Assembly: GCF_032444005.1 (NCBI RefSeq)
Contig: NC_091283.1
Location: 602,950,001 to 603,014,000 of the forward strand
Source of the DNA: Ranitomeya imitator
Taxonomy: Eukaryota
DNA length: 64,000 nucleotides
Direction: 5' to 3'
Below are positions 37,701-48,523 of this stretch, piece by piece. Made by a program: the position numbers and the translations under genes. Positions within the stretch are counted from its first letter, which is position 1; every line of letters starts with the position of its first letter. The notes under the pieces were generated by a model. That model was not told where the DNA came from. It worked only from the letters and a program-made list of their open reading frames with translations, and did no database searches.

Positions 37701-39670
37701 AGGAGGCAGCGCACGGTGCCAAGGGGGTAGCAATGACGGCTGTGCTGCGTCACATTACAAAGGAAAGTCCCACCTCCGGGACGGTTGGACGGTGTGAGGG
37801 GACACATTACATGAGTGTGTAGTTCAGCGTTTGCAAGGAGCATAATTTCAAGAGCGACCTTTCCCTTGTGCAGTATTAGTGCTGCACATGGTGGCTCTTT
37901 CAGTAACAAACGCCTGGGGGGGGGGGGGGGACAGGTCCCCTTACATTTTAGTTGTGCCAGCGTGGCGGTCGCATGACACGTTGCCGGATACACAGCTGGG
38001 GATCAGCTGACGTTACTGAACCCCAATAACAGAGGAGCGACTGTTGACTGTGCACACAGCACTTCCAGGCACCAACTGGCGGTGTTAGAGCCCAGGGACA
38101 GCAGGAGGAGCAGATTGGAGGTATTGCTGCACACACAGCTGGGGATCAGCTGATGTTACTGAACCCCAATAACAGAGGAGCGACTGTTGACTGTGCACAC
38201 AGCACTTCCAGGCACCAACTGGCAGTGTTAGAGCCCAGGGACAGCAGGAGGAGCAGATTGGAGGTATTGCCGCACACACAGCTGGGGATCAGCTGAAGTT
38301 ACTGAACCCCAATAACAGAGGAGTGACTGTTGACTGTGCACACAGCACTTCCAGGCACCAACTGGCGGTGTTAGAGCCCAGGGACAGCAGGAGGAGCAGA
38401 GGAACAGAGTGTAGGCCGAAGCCTGATTGGATCAAGTTGAAAGGGAACCTTTAACCCCCCCCCAAGACGTTTGTAGCTGAAAGAGCCATCTTGTGCAGCA
38501 CTAACGATGCAAAAGGAAAAGGTGGTTCTTTTAATTATACTCCTTGCAAACACCGAAGTAAACACTAAAAATGTGTCCCCTTATACCGTTAAACCGTCCC
38601 GGAGGTGCGAATTTCCTTCGTAATGGGACACAGCACAGCTGACATTCCTATCCCCTTGGTGCCGTGCGCTGCCTCCTCAGCGTTGTTTTAAGCTGTCACG
38701 GAGCCTGCTCTGTTCTGTTAGCCCTTGGCCATGCCCAATTAGCGCTGCCTGTCTTCTGACATAATTTGGTGTCAGGCTGTTACTGCCTGTGCGTCCACGC
38801 TGCTCCAGATCCCACCTCGCAGTCTCGTCCAACGTAATCCCACTGCGGGCCTTGGAACCATGGACATGCACAGTGCATATCCTCGACTCTCACTCCCCTC
38901 CTTCCCTCTTCTTCAGACTGTGCGGTGTCACGGCCGTGGCATGCTATTAGGGATCAGCTGACGGCGCACAGTCTAAAGAAGGCGGAGGGAAATGAGCGAG
39001 AGCCCGAGGGGAAGATATGCACTGCGCATGGCCATGGATCCCAGGCCCGCAGTGTGACTCAATCAGAAGACACAGCGAGGCGGGATCTCGGGCAGCGCGG
39101 CCGCACAGGCGCAGCCAGCCTGACACCAAACTATGTCAGAAGACAGGCAGCGCAAATAGGGCATGCCCAAGGGATAACAGAACAGCGCAGGCTCCGTGAC
39201 AGCTTAAAACAACGCTGAGGAGGCAGCGCATGGCACCAAGGGGGTAGGAATGACGGCTGTGCTGCGTCACATTGCGAAGGAAAGTCCCAGCTCCGGGACA
39301 GTATAACGGTATCAGTGAACACATTTTATAAGTGTTAAGTTCTGCGTGTGCAAGGAGCTAAAAAAAAAGAGCTACCTTTTCCTTGTGCAGCATTACTGCT
39401 GCACAAGATGGCTCTTTCAGTAACAAACGACGGGGGGGGGGACAGGTTCCCTTACATTTAGGTTGTTGTGCCAGCGTGGCGGTCGCAGGACACATTGCCG
39501 GCTACACAGCTGGGGATCAGCTGACGTTACTGAAACCCAATAACACTGGGTCGTATGTTTTTACTGTGCAGCCTGCACTTCTGAGCCGCAACTGGCGGTG
39601 TTGGAGCCCAGGAATTGCAGTTCAGGTGGTAGAAAGATGAACACAGCAGGAGACCTGGATGACACCCAAT
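31790..39670. repeat. Long-period tandem array (about 0.9-kb core plus a variable number of 214-bp or 137-bp subunits) inside the hAT
   Basis: Anchor GGCCGAAGCCT... at 32041, 34021, 35574, 36899 and 38414 (spacings 1980, 1553, 1325, 1515). 214-bp period seen at 33075/33289/33503/33717/33931 and 137-bp period at 37948/38085. Confidence 0.9.
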
Positions 39671-39673
39671 TAC

Positions 39674-42600
39674 TTAATCAGGCAGAGGAGTGGCAAATTC
39701 CTGCGAGATCCAGGCCTGGTTCATTTTCAGAAAAGTAAGCCGGTCAACGTTATCGGAGGATAGTTGCATGCGACGGTCTGTTAGTACACCACCTGCGGCA
39801 CTAAAGACACGTTCCGATAAGACACTAGCCGCAGGGCAAGCCAGCACCTCCAATGCATACTGGCTTAGCTCTGGCCATGTATCCAGCTTAGAGACCCAAA
39901 ACTTGAACGGGGAAGAGCCGTCTGGGAGTACAGTAAGAGGGCAAGCCATGTAGTCTGTCACCATCTGACGGAACCGTTGCCTCCTGCTGACTGGAGCCGC
40001 CGGTGATGGTGTAGACATTTGGGGCAGGCACACAAAAGTGTGCCAGAGTTGTGCCATACTGGGCTTGCCTTGGGCAGAGGCACTGCTTCTGCTCCCTCTT
40101 TGGGCAGAGCCTCCCCCACTGCCTCGACGCACTGAGCTGCTTTGTAAAGCACTAGCAGCACTCCTCTCAGTTGGACAGGAGAAGATGATGGAATTCACCA
40201 GTGTGTCGTGGTACTCCCGCAATTTACGCTCCCGGGTCAACGCAGGGATGAGGTTTTGGACGTTGTCCCGGTAGCGAGGATCGAGGAGGGTGAACACCCA
40301 ATAATCAGGCATGTTGAGAATGTGGTCGATGCGGCGGTCGTTTCTCAGGCACTGCAGCATGAAATCCACCATGTGCTGCAGAGTGCCAACTGGCCCAGAA
40401 ACGCTGTCCCCTGCTTGAGACATGATCTCTGCCCGCTCGTCATCACCCCACCCTCGCTGTACACACTGACCACTGGACAATTGTGTCGCTCCCTCCTCTG
40501 GAAGGAGCTCTTCCTCCTCCATTGACTCCTCCTCATCCTCCTCACAAATTGACCCCTGCGTACCCCTTTGTGAGGAACCACGTGGCGCTGACTCTCCAGA
40601 AGCTGATGGAAAAGGTGACTCCTCATCCTCCACCTCTTCCACAACATCATCCCTTAACCCTTGCAAAGTTTGCTGAAGCAGGCAGATAAGGGGGACAGTC
40701 ATGCTGACTAGTGCATCATCTGCACTTGCCATCCGCGTGGAATAATCAAAAGGACGCAAAACCTGGCAGACGTCCTTCATAGTGGCCCACTCTGTGGTTG
40801 TGAAGTCTGATCGGCGCTGACTGCGACTTCTTTGCGCCTGATGCAGCTGGTACTCCATAACTGCTTGCTGCTGCTCACACAACCGCTCCAACATATGTAA
40901 CGTGGAATTCCACCGGGTAGGTAGGTCACATATGATACGGTGTTCCGGAAGGCGGAATCGGCGCTGCAGAGCAGCAATGCGGGATCTGGCCAAGCTGGAA
41001 CGCCGCAAGTGAGCACACTCTAGGCGGACCTTGTGCAGCAGGGCATCAAGATCCGGATAGTCCCTCAGAAAACTCTGCACAAGCAAATTGAGCACATGTG
41101 CCAGACATGGGATGTGAGTGAGGTTGCCAAGGGCCAAAGCTGCCACCAGATTTCGGCCATTGTCACACATTACCATGCCTGGCTGGAGATTCGCTGGCAG
41201 TAACCACACATCGCTCTCCTGCTTGATGGCATTCCAGAGCTCCTGCGCTGTGTGGCTTCGATGCCCCAATGAAACTAGTTTCAAGACGGCCTGCTGACGT
41301 TTGGCCACGGCTGTGCTCATGTCGGTCATAGGTAAACGTTCACGGGTCCATGTGGAGGTGGACTGTGACGGATCCTGCAGAGAGGAATCTGAGGAACTGG
41401 TGTAAGAGGAGGAGTCGATGCGTACAGACTGGATTCCTGCAATCCTTGGAGTGGGCAGGATACGTCCTGCGCCACTCGCACGATCTGTACCTGGCTCAAC
41501 AACATTAACCCAATGGGCAGTGAGGGAAACATATCGCCCCTGTCCATGCTGACTGGTCCACGCATCGGTGGTGAGGTGGACCTTGCTACTGACGGCGTTC
41601 AGTAGCGCATGTTTTATGTTTGCCTCAACATGCCTGTGCAGGGCAGGGACAGCCTGCCTGCTGAAGTAAAAGCGGCTGGGCACCTTGTACTGTGGGACTG
41701 CCAATGCCATCAAGTCACGGAAGCTGTCAGTCTCCACCAGCCTGAACGAGAGCATTTCCAGGGACAACAGTTTGGCAATGCCTGCATTCAGAGCCTGTGC
41801 TCGGGGGTGGTTGGCCGAGAATGCCCGCCTTTTCTCCCATGCCTGTACTACCGATGGCTGTAGAGTAGACTGGGAGTGTGAGGATGACTGGGAAGGTGGT
41901 GCTGTGGGTGGAATTACACTAGGTCTCTGGACAACAGTGGAGGAAGAGGCAACACGAGATGAAGAGGTGGTAGCTGCCGCTGTTGGTTGGCCTACGTCTT
42001 CACTGTGTTTCTGTAACTCCACCACGTGCCTGGTCCGCACATGTTTCCACATATTTGTGGTATTGAGGTTGCTGACACTTTTACCTCTTTTTACTTTCTG
42101 ATGACACAGCTTGCATTTGACAAAACAAATGTCATCTGCAACTGTGTCAAAAAAGGACCAGGCACTGCAAGTCTTGGGAGCGCCCTTTTTGGCTTTGGAA
42201 AGAGACAGGCTCCTAACGGGTGCCAAAGTGGAGGCTACAGGCTCCGCAGTCTTCCCCCTCCCTCTCCCTCTTTGGCCCGTAAGGGGAAGCTCTTCCTCAG
42301 AGCTGCTCCCACCACCTTCCTGTTCCTCACGCCACGATGGGTCAAGGACCTCATCATCTCCACTACCCTCTGCCACCAACTGCTCCTCCTGGGTAGTCTC
42401 GGCAGCACAGTACGCATCAGAAAGCGGCACCTGAGTTTCATCATCAGATGCGTACTGCGCTGTGGTCACCGGATGCACTGGCCCACCTGCCTCTTCAGAG
42501 TCAGAGAGAAAAAGCTGTTGGGCATCACTGCACACTGCCTCTTCTTCCATTTCTCCAATGCTGCTTGGCTGGCCCCCTGTTTCCAAGCCAAGAGATTCAG

Positions 42601-42949
42601 AGAACAGAAGTAGAGACGGCTCCTGTCCTGGGCTCTCTGACTGCCTGGCCAATTTGGGAGGTGGTGAAGAGACAGATGGCTGCTCTCCAGTGCTCTGTGC
42701 CTGAGAGGATGTGGCACTAACTGAAGTCGATGCCGAGGCGTTAGCTGCCATCCACCCGACAACGGCTTCAATTTGGTCTTCACGCAGCAGCGGTGCACGG
42801 CGCTCTCCGACAAAGCTGCGCATGAAGGACTGTTCCCTGCTGAAACTGAGTGACGACGAGTCACCGGCGCCCGCAGCAGGCACAGAATCACCACGTCCTC
42901 TCCCTGCTCCGCGCCCATGCCCACGTGCCTTACTCCCTGCCCTCTTCAT
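39674..42949 (-). CDS. hAT (Ac-group, ZBED-like) transposase, 1091 aa, uninterrupted
   Basis: BED finger (WSFF...CKLC...TTNMWKHVRTRH), catalytic D in HLTTDAWTS, D in CDNGRN, CxxH in PCLAHVLNL, TRWNS, and C-terminal dimerisation region with catalytic E in ASVLSERVFS. Confidence 0.96.
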   Translation of the reverse strand: MKRAGSKARGHGRGAGRGRGDSVPAAGAGDSSSLSFSREQSFMRSFVGERRAPLLREDQIEAVVGWMAANASASTSVSATSSQAQSTGEQPSVSSPPPKLARQSESPGQEPSLLLFSESLGLETGGQPSSIGEMEEEAVCSDAQQLFLSDSEEAGGPVHPVTTAQYASDDETQVPLSDAYCAAETTQEEQLVAEGSGDDEVLDPSWREEQEGGGSSSEEELPLTGQRGRGRGKTAEPVASTLAPVRSLSLSKAKKGAPKTCSAWSFFDTVADDICFVKCKLCHQKVKRGKSVSNLNTTNMWKHVRTRHVVELQKHSEDVGQPTAAATTSSSRVASSSTVVQRPSVIPPTAPPSQSSSHSQSTLQPSVVQAWEKRRAFSANHPRAQALNAGIAKLLSLEMLSFRLVETDSFRDLMALAVPQYKVPSRFYFSRQAVPALHRHVEANIKHALLNAVSSKVHLTTDAWTSQHGQGRYVSLTAHWVNVVEPGTDRASGAGRILPTPRIAGIQSVRIDSSSYTSSSDSSLQDPSQSTSTWTRERLPMTDMSTAVAKRQQAVLKLVSLGHRSHTAQELWNAIKQESDVWLLPANLQPGMVMCDNGRNLVAALALGNLTHIPCLAHVLNLLVQSFLRDYPDLDALLHKVRLECAHLRRSSLARSRIAALQRRFRLPEHRIICDLPTRWNSTLHMLERLCEQQQAVMEYQLHQAQRSRSQRRSDFTTTEWATMKDVCQVLRPFDYSTRMASADDALVSMTVPLICLLQQTLQGLRDDVVEEVEDEESPFPSASGESAPRGSSQRGTQGSICEEDEEESMEEEELLPEEGATQLSSGQCVQRGWGDDERAEIMSQAGDSVSGPVGTLQHMVDFMLQCLRNDRRIDHILNMPDYWVFTLLDPRYRDNVQNLIPALTRERKLREYHDTLVNSIIFSCPTERSAASALQSSSVRRGSGGGSAQRGSRSSASAQGKPSMAQLWHTFVCLPQMSTPSPAAPVSRRQRFRQMVTDYMACPLTVLPDGSSPFKFWVSKLDTWPELSQYALEVLACPAASVLSERVFSAAGGVLTDRRMQLSSDNVDRLTFLKMNQAWISQEFATPLPD

Positions 42950-43139
42950 CTTGGTTGACAGATAAAGATAAGCAGAAAAGTACTAAGGCCTTAGCGTGCT
43001 TATTCCTGAAATGCTCCTTCTAACAGGTGTAAGAAACACTAATGTTGTAAAGTGTGGACTAAACTTTATTATTTTTCAAATATGGCCTACACAAGTGTTA
43101 AGTTGTGTTTGGTGAACTTTACTTTTTTTTTTGTGCAGA

Positions 43140-44250
43140 TCGGGCTACAGAGCTAGTTTAAATCACACGGAGACCGTGCAGACAGCCGTAAACGGCGCTG
43201 CAAGGCCAAGAAACCCTCCTCTAGGTTATCCTATGTAGTGTTTTTCCACTATTTAGCTGGAGACGGGTGGAAAGACACTAATAGGAATTTTTTTTTTTTA
43301 ATTTTAAACAGGCTGCACTATTTGAAAAAAAGGAAATTGTTTTTCAAGGTATGAGGCAGTAACGCACCCTGAGCTGAATCCAACCGGCTATGGCTGCACA
43401 CAGACTACAGGGCGAGCTGCGCTCACACAGAGACCGTGCAGACAGCCGTAAACGGCGCTGCAAGGCCAAAAAACCCTCCTCTAGGTTATCCTATGTAGTG
43501 TTTTTCCACTATTTAGCTGGAGACGGGTGGAAAGACACTAATAGGAATTTTTTTTTTTTAATTTTAAACAGGCTGCACTATTTGAAAAAAAGGAAATTGT
43601 TTTTCAAGGTATGAGGCAGTAACGCACCCTGAGCTGAATCCAACCGGCTATGGCTGCACACAGACTACAGGGCGAGCTGGGCTCACACGGAGACCGTGCA
43701 GACAGCCGTAAACGGCGCTGCAAGGCCCAAAAACCCCCCTCTAGGTTATCCTATGTAGTGTTTTTCCACTATTTAGCTGGAGACGGGTGGAAAAACACTA
43801 ATAGGGATTTTTTTTTTTAATTTTTAAACAGGCTGCACTATTTGAAAGAAAGGAAAATTTTTCTCAAGGTATGAGCCAGTAACGAACCCTGAGCTGAATC
43901 CAACCGGTTATGGCTGCACACAGACTACAGGGCGAGCTGGGCTCACACGGAGACCGTGCAGACAGCCGTAAACGGCGCTGCAAGGCCCAAAAACCCCCCT
44001 CTAGGTTATCCTATGTAGTGTTTTTCCACAATTTAGCTGGAGACGGGTGGAAAAACACTAATAGGAAATTTGAGAAAAAATGTGCAGCAGGCTGCACTAT
44101 GAGCAAAAAATGACAACTGTGTGAGGCAGTGTGAACCCCCCCTGAGCTGAATACAACCGGGTATATGGCTGCACACAGACTACAGAGTGAGCTGCACACA
44201 CACACACACACACACAGAGACCTTGCAGAATGCTGTTAAAACAGCGCTGC
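43140..44250. repeat. 260-bp tandem repeat (about 4.3 copies) upstream of the hAT transposase ATG
   Basis: AGACCGTGCAGACAGCCGTAAACGGCGCTGCAAGG recurs at 43171, 43431, 43691 and 43951, with a degenerate copy at about 44218. Confidence 0.93.
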
Positions 44251-44394
44251 AAGGCAAGAGCAAGGTGAACAGTGAAGAACACACAGCGTTTTGCTAAATT
44301 AGCCTTTGGAAAGGAAAATAAAGCAATTAGCTAGCTCAACTGGCCCTCAGTTAGAACACAGCGTCCTGTCCCTAACTGAAATCACAGCAGAGTG

Positions 44395-44455
44395 AGCGCA
44401 AAATGGCGGCAGCGTTTTTTATAGTGCAGAGTGACATCATTTCAGCAGCCAATCA
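44395..44455 (-). promoter_or_regulatory. Candidate Pol II promoter of the hAT transposase
   Basis: In minus orientation: CCAAT box (44449-53), CRE-like TGATGTCA (44432-39), TATAAAA (44417-23), then a YY1-like GCCGCCATTTT. Located about 250 bp inside the 5' TIR. Confidence 0.5.
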
Positions 44456-47416
44456 CAGCCTTGCCAGTACTTACATGCCCACCATGCTAAACAGGATGTG
44501 CCCACACTTCCAATCATTCCTCATTGGCTGCTGCGTTCTGTTTGAATTCTGGGAACTTCCGATTCCGGTATCCGATACGCGGGAAGTATCGGAATTCGGT
44601 ATCGGAATTCCGATACCGCAAATATCGGCCGATACCCGATACTTGCGGTATCGGAATGCTCAACACTATTCCTGACCAATTATCAAGAGGCCTCCAGTAT
44701 TTAGTGCAGCTCCACCCAGTGGACTGGGCCTGTGCAATGTGTTAGTTCAGTTTGTGTTTAGCTTCTGAGTTTGCCAGGCCTTGCTCTGTGTTACTCCCTC
44801 TCTGGAGGCTTTTCTCTTTGCCTTGATCTTGCTGTCTGCCCTCCAGGAGGCAGAATATCCTGGTCCCTGTGTCTTTGTCCTTGTGTCTTGTTCCATTGCC
44901 TTGTCTGTACTTAGTCTTATTTCGTTCTCCTTATCTGTGGCTTCCTTCCCTGCTGTGTCTTTCCTTGTGTTCTCAGTTTGCTTTTGCTCCGCACTCTTGC
45001 GGCTCTGCCTGCTCTGTAGCTTTGTGGCTTTACCTCTGCTCTGCACTCCTGCGGTTCTGCTCCGTTCTGCTCTGCTGCTACAGTAATCTCTTGCTGCAGC
45101 TCCTCTCCGCATTCCTTGCGGTTCTACTCTGCTTAAGCTTCTGCAGTAATCTCTTGCTGCAGCTCCTCTCCACACTCCTTGTGGCTCTGCTCTGCTTAGC
45201 TCCTGCGGCTGCAGTAATCTCTTGCTGCAGCTCCTCTCCACATTCCTTGTGGCTCTGCTCTGCTTAGCTTCTGCGGCTGCAGTAATCCCTTGCTGTAGTT
45301 CCTCTCCATATTCCTTGTGGTTCTGCTCTGCTTTGCCGCTGCAGAAATCTCTTGCTGCAGCTCCTCTCCATATTCCTTGTGGTTCTGCTCTGCTTAGGTT
45401 TTATTGCTGCGCTATCTCTTGCTGCTATACCGCTCCTGTCTGCAGCCTTGCGGTTCTCTTCCTGTGTGAACAGGTCCCAACCTGTTCCTTCATTCACCTT
45501 TCCTTCTGGCTTGTTTCCTTTCCTGCACCTCCTGTGTGAACAGGTTCCTACCTGTTCATTCATACTACATATCCATACCAGCACCTCCTGTGTGAACAGG
45601 TCCCTACCTGTTCATTCATACACCACACCTTCATACACCGTTCCTGCCAGTCCTGTGTTCTCTGCCATGTTCCTGCCAGCCCTGTGTTCTCTGCCGTGTT
45701 CCTGCCAGCCCTGTGTTCTCTGCCGTGTTCCTGCCAGCCCTGTGTTCTCTGCCGTGTCTCTGCCAGCTCTGTGTCTCAGCCGTGCCAGCCTACTCATCTG
45801 AATCTCATCCGTGCTCATATGCTAGTCCTGCCTGATGCCCGCACCAATCCTAGTGTTCCTGTCTCCCAAATGGGATCAGCAGCCACAGCCAGACACCACC
45901 CTGGAGTAGCACCTGGCAGCTGCCTGCTGCACAAGCCTGACCTCACCATCAGAGGCTCCAGTGAAAACCCAGGCAGCTGTCAAAGTCACGCCCCTTCCAG
46001 GGTAGTCTGGTTTGTGGCACAGTGGGGCCACAGACCCCCCGAGCTCACGCCCACCAGTCAGGGCGTGAACGTGACAGTGTGGTAGAAAAAGGTACACAAG
46101 CAACAGGGATAACAGCAGCCTTGAAAGGATTGTAAAGAAAAGGACATTAAACAATTTGGGGGAGATTCATAAGGAGTAGGCTGCTGCTGGAGTCATTGCT
46201 TCAAGATCCACCACACACAGATGTAGCCAGGACATGGGCTGCCTACAAGTGTTGCATTCCTTGTGTCAAGCCACTCATGACCAAAAGACAACACCAGAAA
46301 GCATCTTACCTGGGCCAAGGAGAAAAAGAACTGGTGTTGTTTTCAGATGAAAGTAAATTTTGCATTTCATTTGGAAATCAAGGTCCCAGCATCTGAAGGA
46401 AGAGTGGAGAGGCCACAATCCAAGTTGCTTGAGGTCTAGTGTGAAGTTTCCACAATCAGTGATGATTTGGGGAGCCATGTTAACTGCTGGTGTAGGTACA
46501 CTGTGTTTTATCAAGATCAAAGTCAGCACAGCCATCCACCAAGAAATTTTAGAGTACTTCATGCTTCCCTCTGCCAACAAACTTTTTTGAGATGGAACTT
46601 ACATTCTCCAGCAGGACTTGGCACCTGTCCACACTGCCAAAGGTACCAATACCTGGTTTAAAAACAGCATCACTGTGCTTGATTGGCTGGCAAACTCGCC
46701 TGACATTAACTCCATGGAGAATCTATGGGGCATTGTCAAGAGGAAGATGAGAGACACCAGACCCAACCACCAGAAGCAACCTGGGCTTCCATAACACCTC
46801 AGCAGTGCCACAGGCTGATCGTCTCCATGCCATGATGCATTGATGCAGTAATTGATGCAAAAGGAGCTCCTACCAAGTACTGAGTGCATTTACTGAACAT
46901 ACATTTCAGTAGGCCAACATTTCAGATTTTAAAATAATTTTTCAAGCTGGTGTTATAAAGTATTCTAATTTACTGAGATAATGACTTTTGGGTTTTCATT
47001 GGCTGTAAGCCATAATCATCCACATTAACAGAAATAAACACTTGAAATAGGTCACTCTGTTTGTAATGACTCTATATAATATATGAGTTTCACTTTTTGT
47101 ATTGAAGAACTGAAATAAATTAACTTTTTAATTATATTCAAATTTTGTGAAAAGCACCTGTATCAGGGAAATCTGCAGTAAAAAGAATGTAATAATACGC
47201 TAAAAAGGTCCCCTAAAGGTCTTTAAGACCTCATGGGGACACAGCGTGTAAAAAAATGAAATAAAAATATTAAGTTCAATGAAAATATTGAAAAAAAAAC
47301 CATATACCTAAATAAAATAAAAGAGAGAAATCACCATCAGATTCGCTGTTTCTGGCACCACCCCATCTAAAAAAATATGTCCAATATATAAAGATAATTT
47401 TTATGGAAAGGGAAAC

Positions 47417-47971
47417 TGTCATGCTGCAGCTCTGTAGGTAAGTGTAGTCTCCACTCGATGGTAGCAGAGTGGAGAGAGGGCTGAAATCCTGCTCAGAGCA
47501 GAACTGCAGCAAGGCTACCACCAGGTGGCAGCAGAGTGGTCAGACAAGCCGGGTCGATACCAGAGTGTAGCATAGTACCAAGGGGAATTCCAAACACATA
47601 GTCAGAGGAGCGCCAAAAGTTTAGTACCAGTCCGTAGCAGAAGTATCGGAAGGAAGAGACAGAATCAGGTCAGAGACAAAGCAGAGTCGAGTACAGGGGA
47701 ATCCAAGCACAAAGGGACACACAGAGTCAGGGCGGGAAGAGAGGAATGAACAGACACGGGCAAAGACAGCTAAATGCAGCAGGACAAATCAGGATTTCAC
47801 CAGAGCCAGCTACACATGCCGTAGGCAGGAAATATAACTGACACTGTCTGCAGGAAGCTGCGCAGATAAATAGCAGACCTGACACTGGAACGAGGCAGAG
47901 AAAGTTGACCTCTGCCATGACCAGACCGGGAAAGGAGAGACAAGACCCAAAACCCAGTCTGGATCATGACA
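47417..47971. mobile_element. Solo LTR, 555 bp
   Basis: TGTCATG...CATGACA termini and a 5-bp TSD GAAAC (47412-16, 47972-76). Confidence 0.88.
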
Positions 47972-48523
47972 GAAACACAATTAAAATGTTTTTAGATGTC
48001 CTTTGTGGTTGTTTAAAAAAATAAATCCTAATTTAGTTTTACATTTTTACACAATAATCGGCAAAAAAGGGAATATAAAATGACAAAAATTAAACCGCAT
48101 ATGTCACTTCCGGTGTCGGCGTGTGTGTGTAATCATGAGGCTTCAGTTCCTTTGTCATCCTGGAACATAGCGCCAGACCGCAAACATTATGTCGGCGTCA
48201 TATCTCCGACATAAGGAACGGGTTAGTTTGCTAACCCCTTCTGGAATTTTTTACATTGGAAGGGGCTACTTATTCAGAAAGTAATAAATACAGCCCAAAA
48301 TAGACCAAGATATATGCCTTGTGCAGGCATGTACTACGGAGGACAAAGAATAAACATTGCCTTGCGCAGGCGTGTACTATGGAGGACAGAGAATGAACTT
48401 CAATCTAATATTGCAGCCAGCATGCAGCCAGCGGGTAAGGAAAGGTTGAATCAAAAACCCCAAAACCCCGCCTCCATGGCTGAAGATTGTTCCCTCCAAA
48501 TTCAGGTGACAGTGTCCCTTTAA

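Larger units (their letters stand above)
23341..44668 (-). mobile_element. Giant hAT-superfamily DNA transposon, 21,328 bp
   Basis: TIRs TAGTGTTGAGC (23341-51) / GCTCAACACTA (44658-68). Perfect 8-bp TSD TTCCTGAC (23333-40 and 44669-76). Dense CCGATA/TATCGG subterminal motifs at both ends. Encodes a hAT transposase. Confidence 0.95.
23128..46076 (+). mobile_element. Solo-LTR-like element (about 1.6 kb net: 23128-23340 plus 44677-46076) interrupted by the giant hAT
   Basis: Termini TGTAAC...GTGACA. Flanks GTGTA (23123-27) and GTGTG (46077-81) form a 5-bp TSD with one mismatch inside the Tc1 ORF. Internal about 65-bp (45080-45400) and 29-bp (45640-45780) tandem repeats. Strand is inferred. Confidence 0.72.
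22717..47160 (+). mobile_element. Degenerate Tc1 element (about 1.5 kb net) split by about 23 kb of nested insertions
   Basis: TA|CAGGTGCGTCTCACAAAATT at 22715-22736 and AATTTTGTGAAAAGCACCTG|TA at 47141-47162, with about 200-bp inverted repeats. Element sequence resumes at 46077. Transposase relics include SVKFPQSVMIWGAM (46360-46590). Confidence 0.88.

Noticed and set aside
32415-39640. 138-219-aa ORFs in the long-period array
   Set aside because: They repeat with the 214-bp period, are open in multiple frames and have no domain signature.
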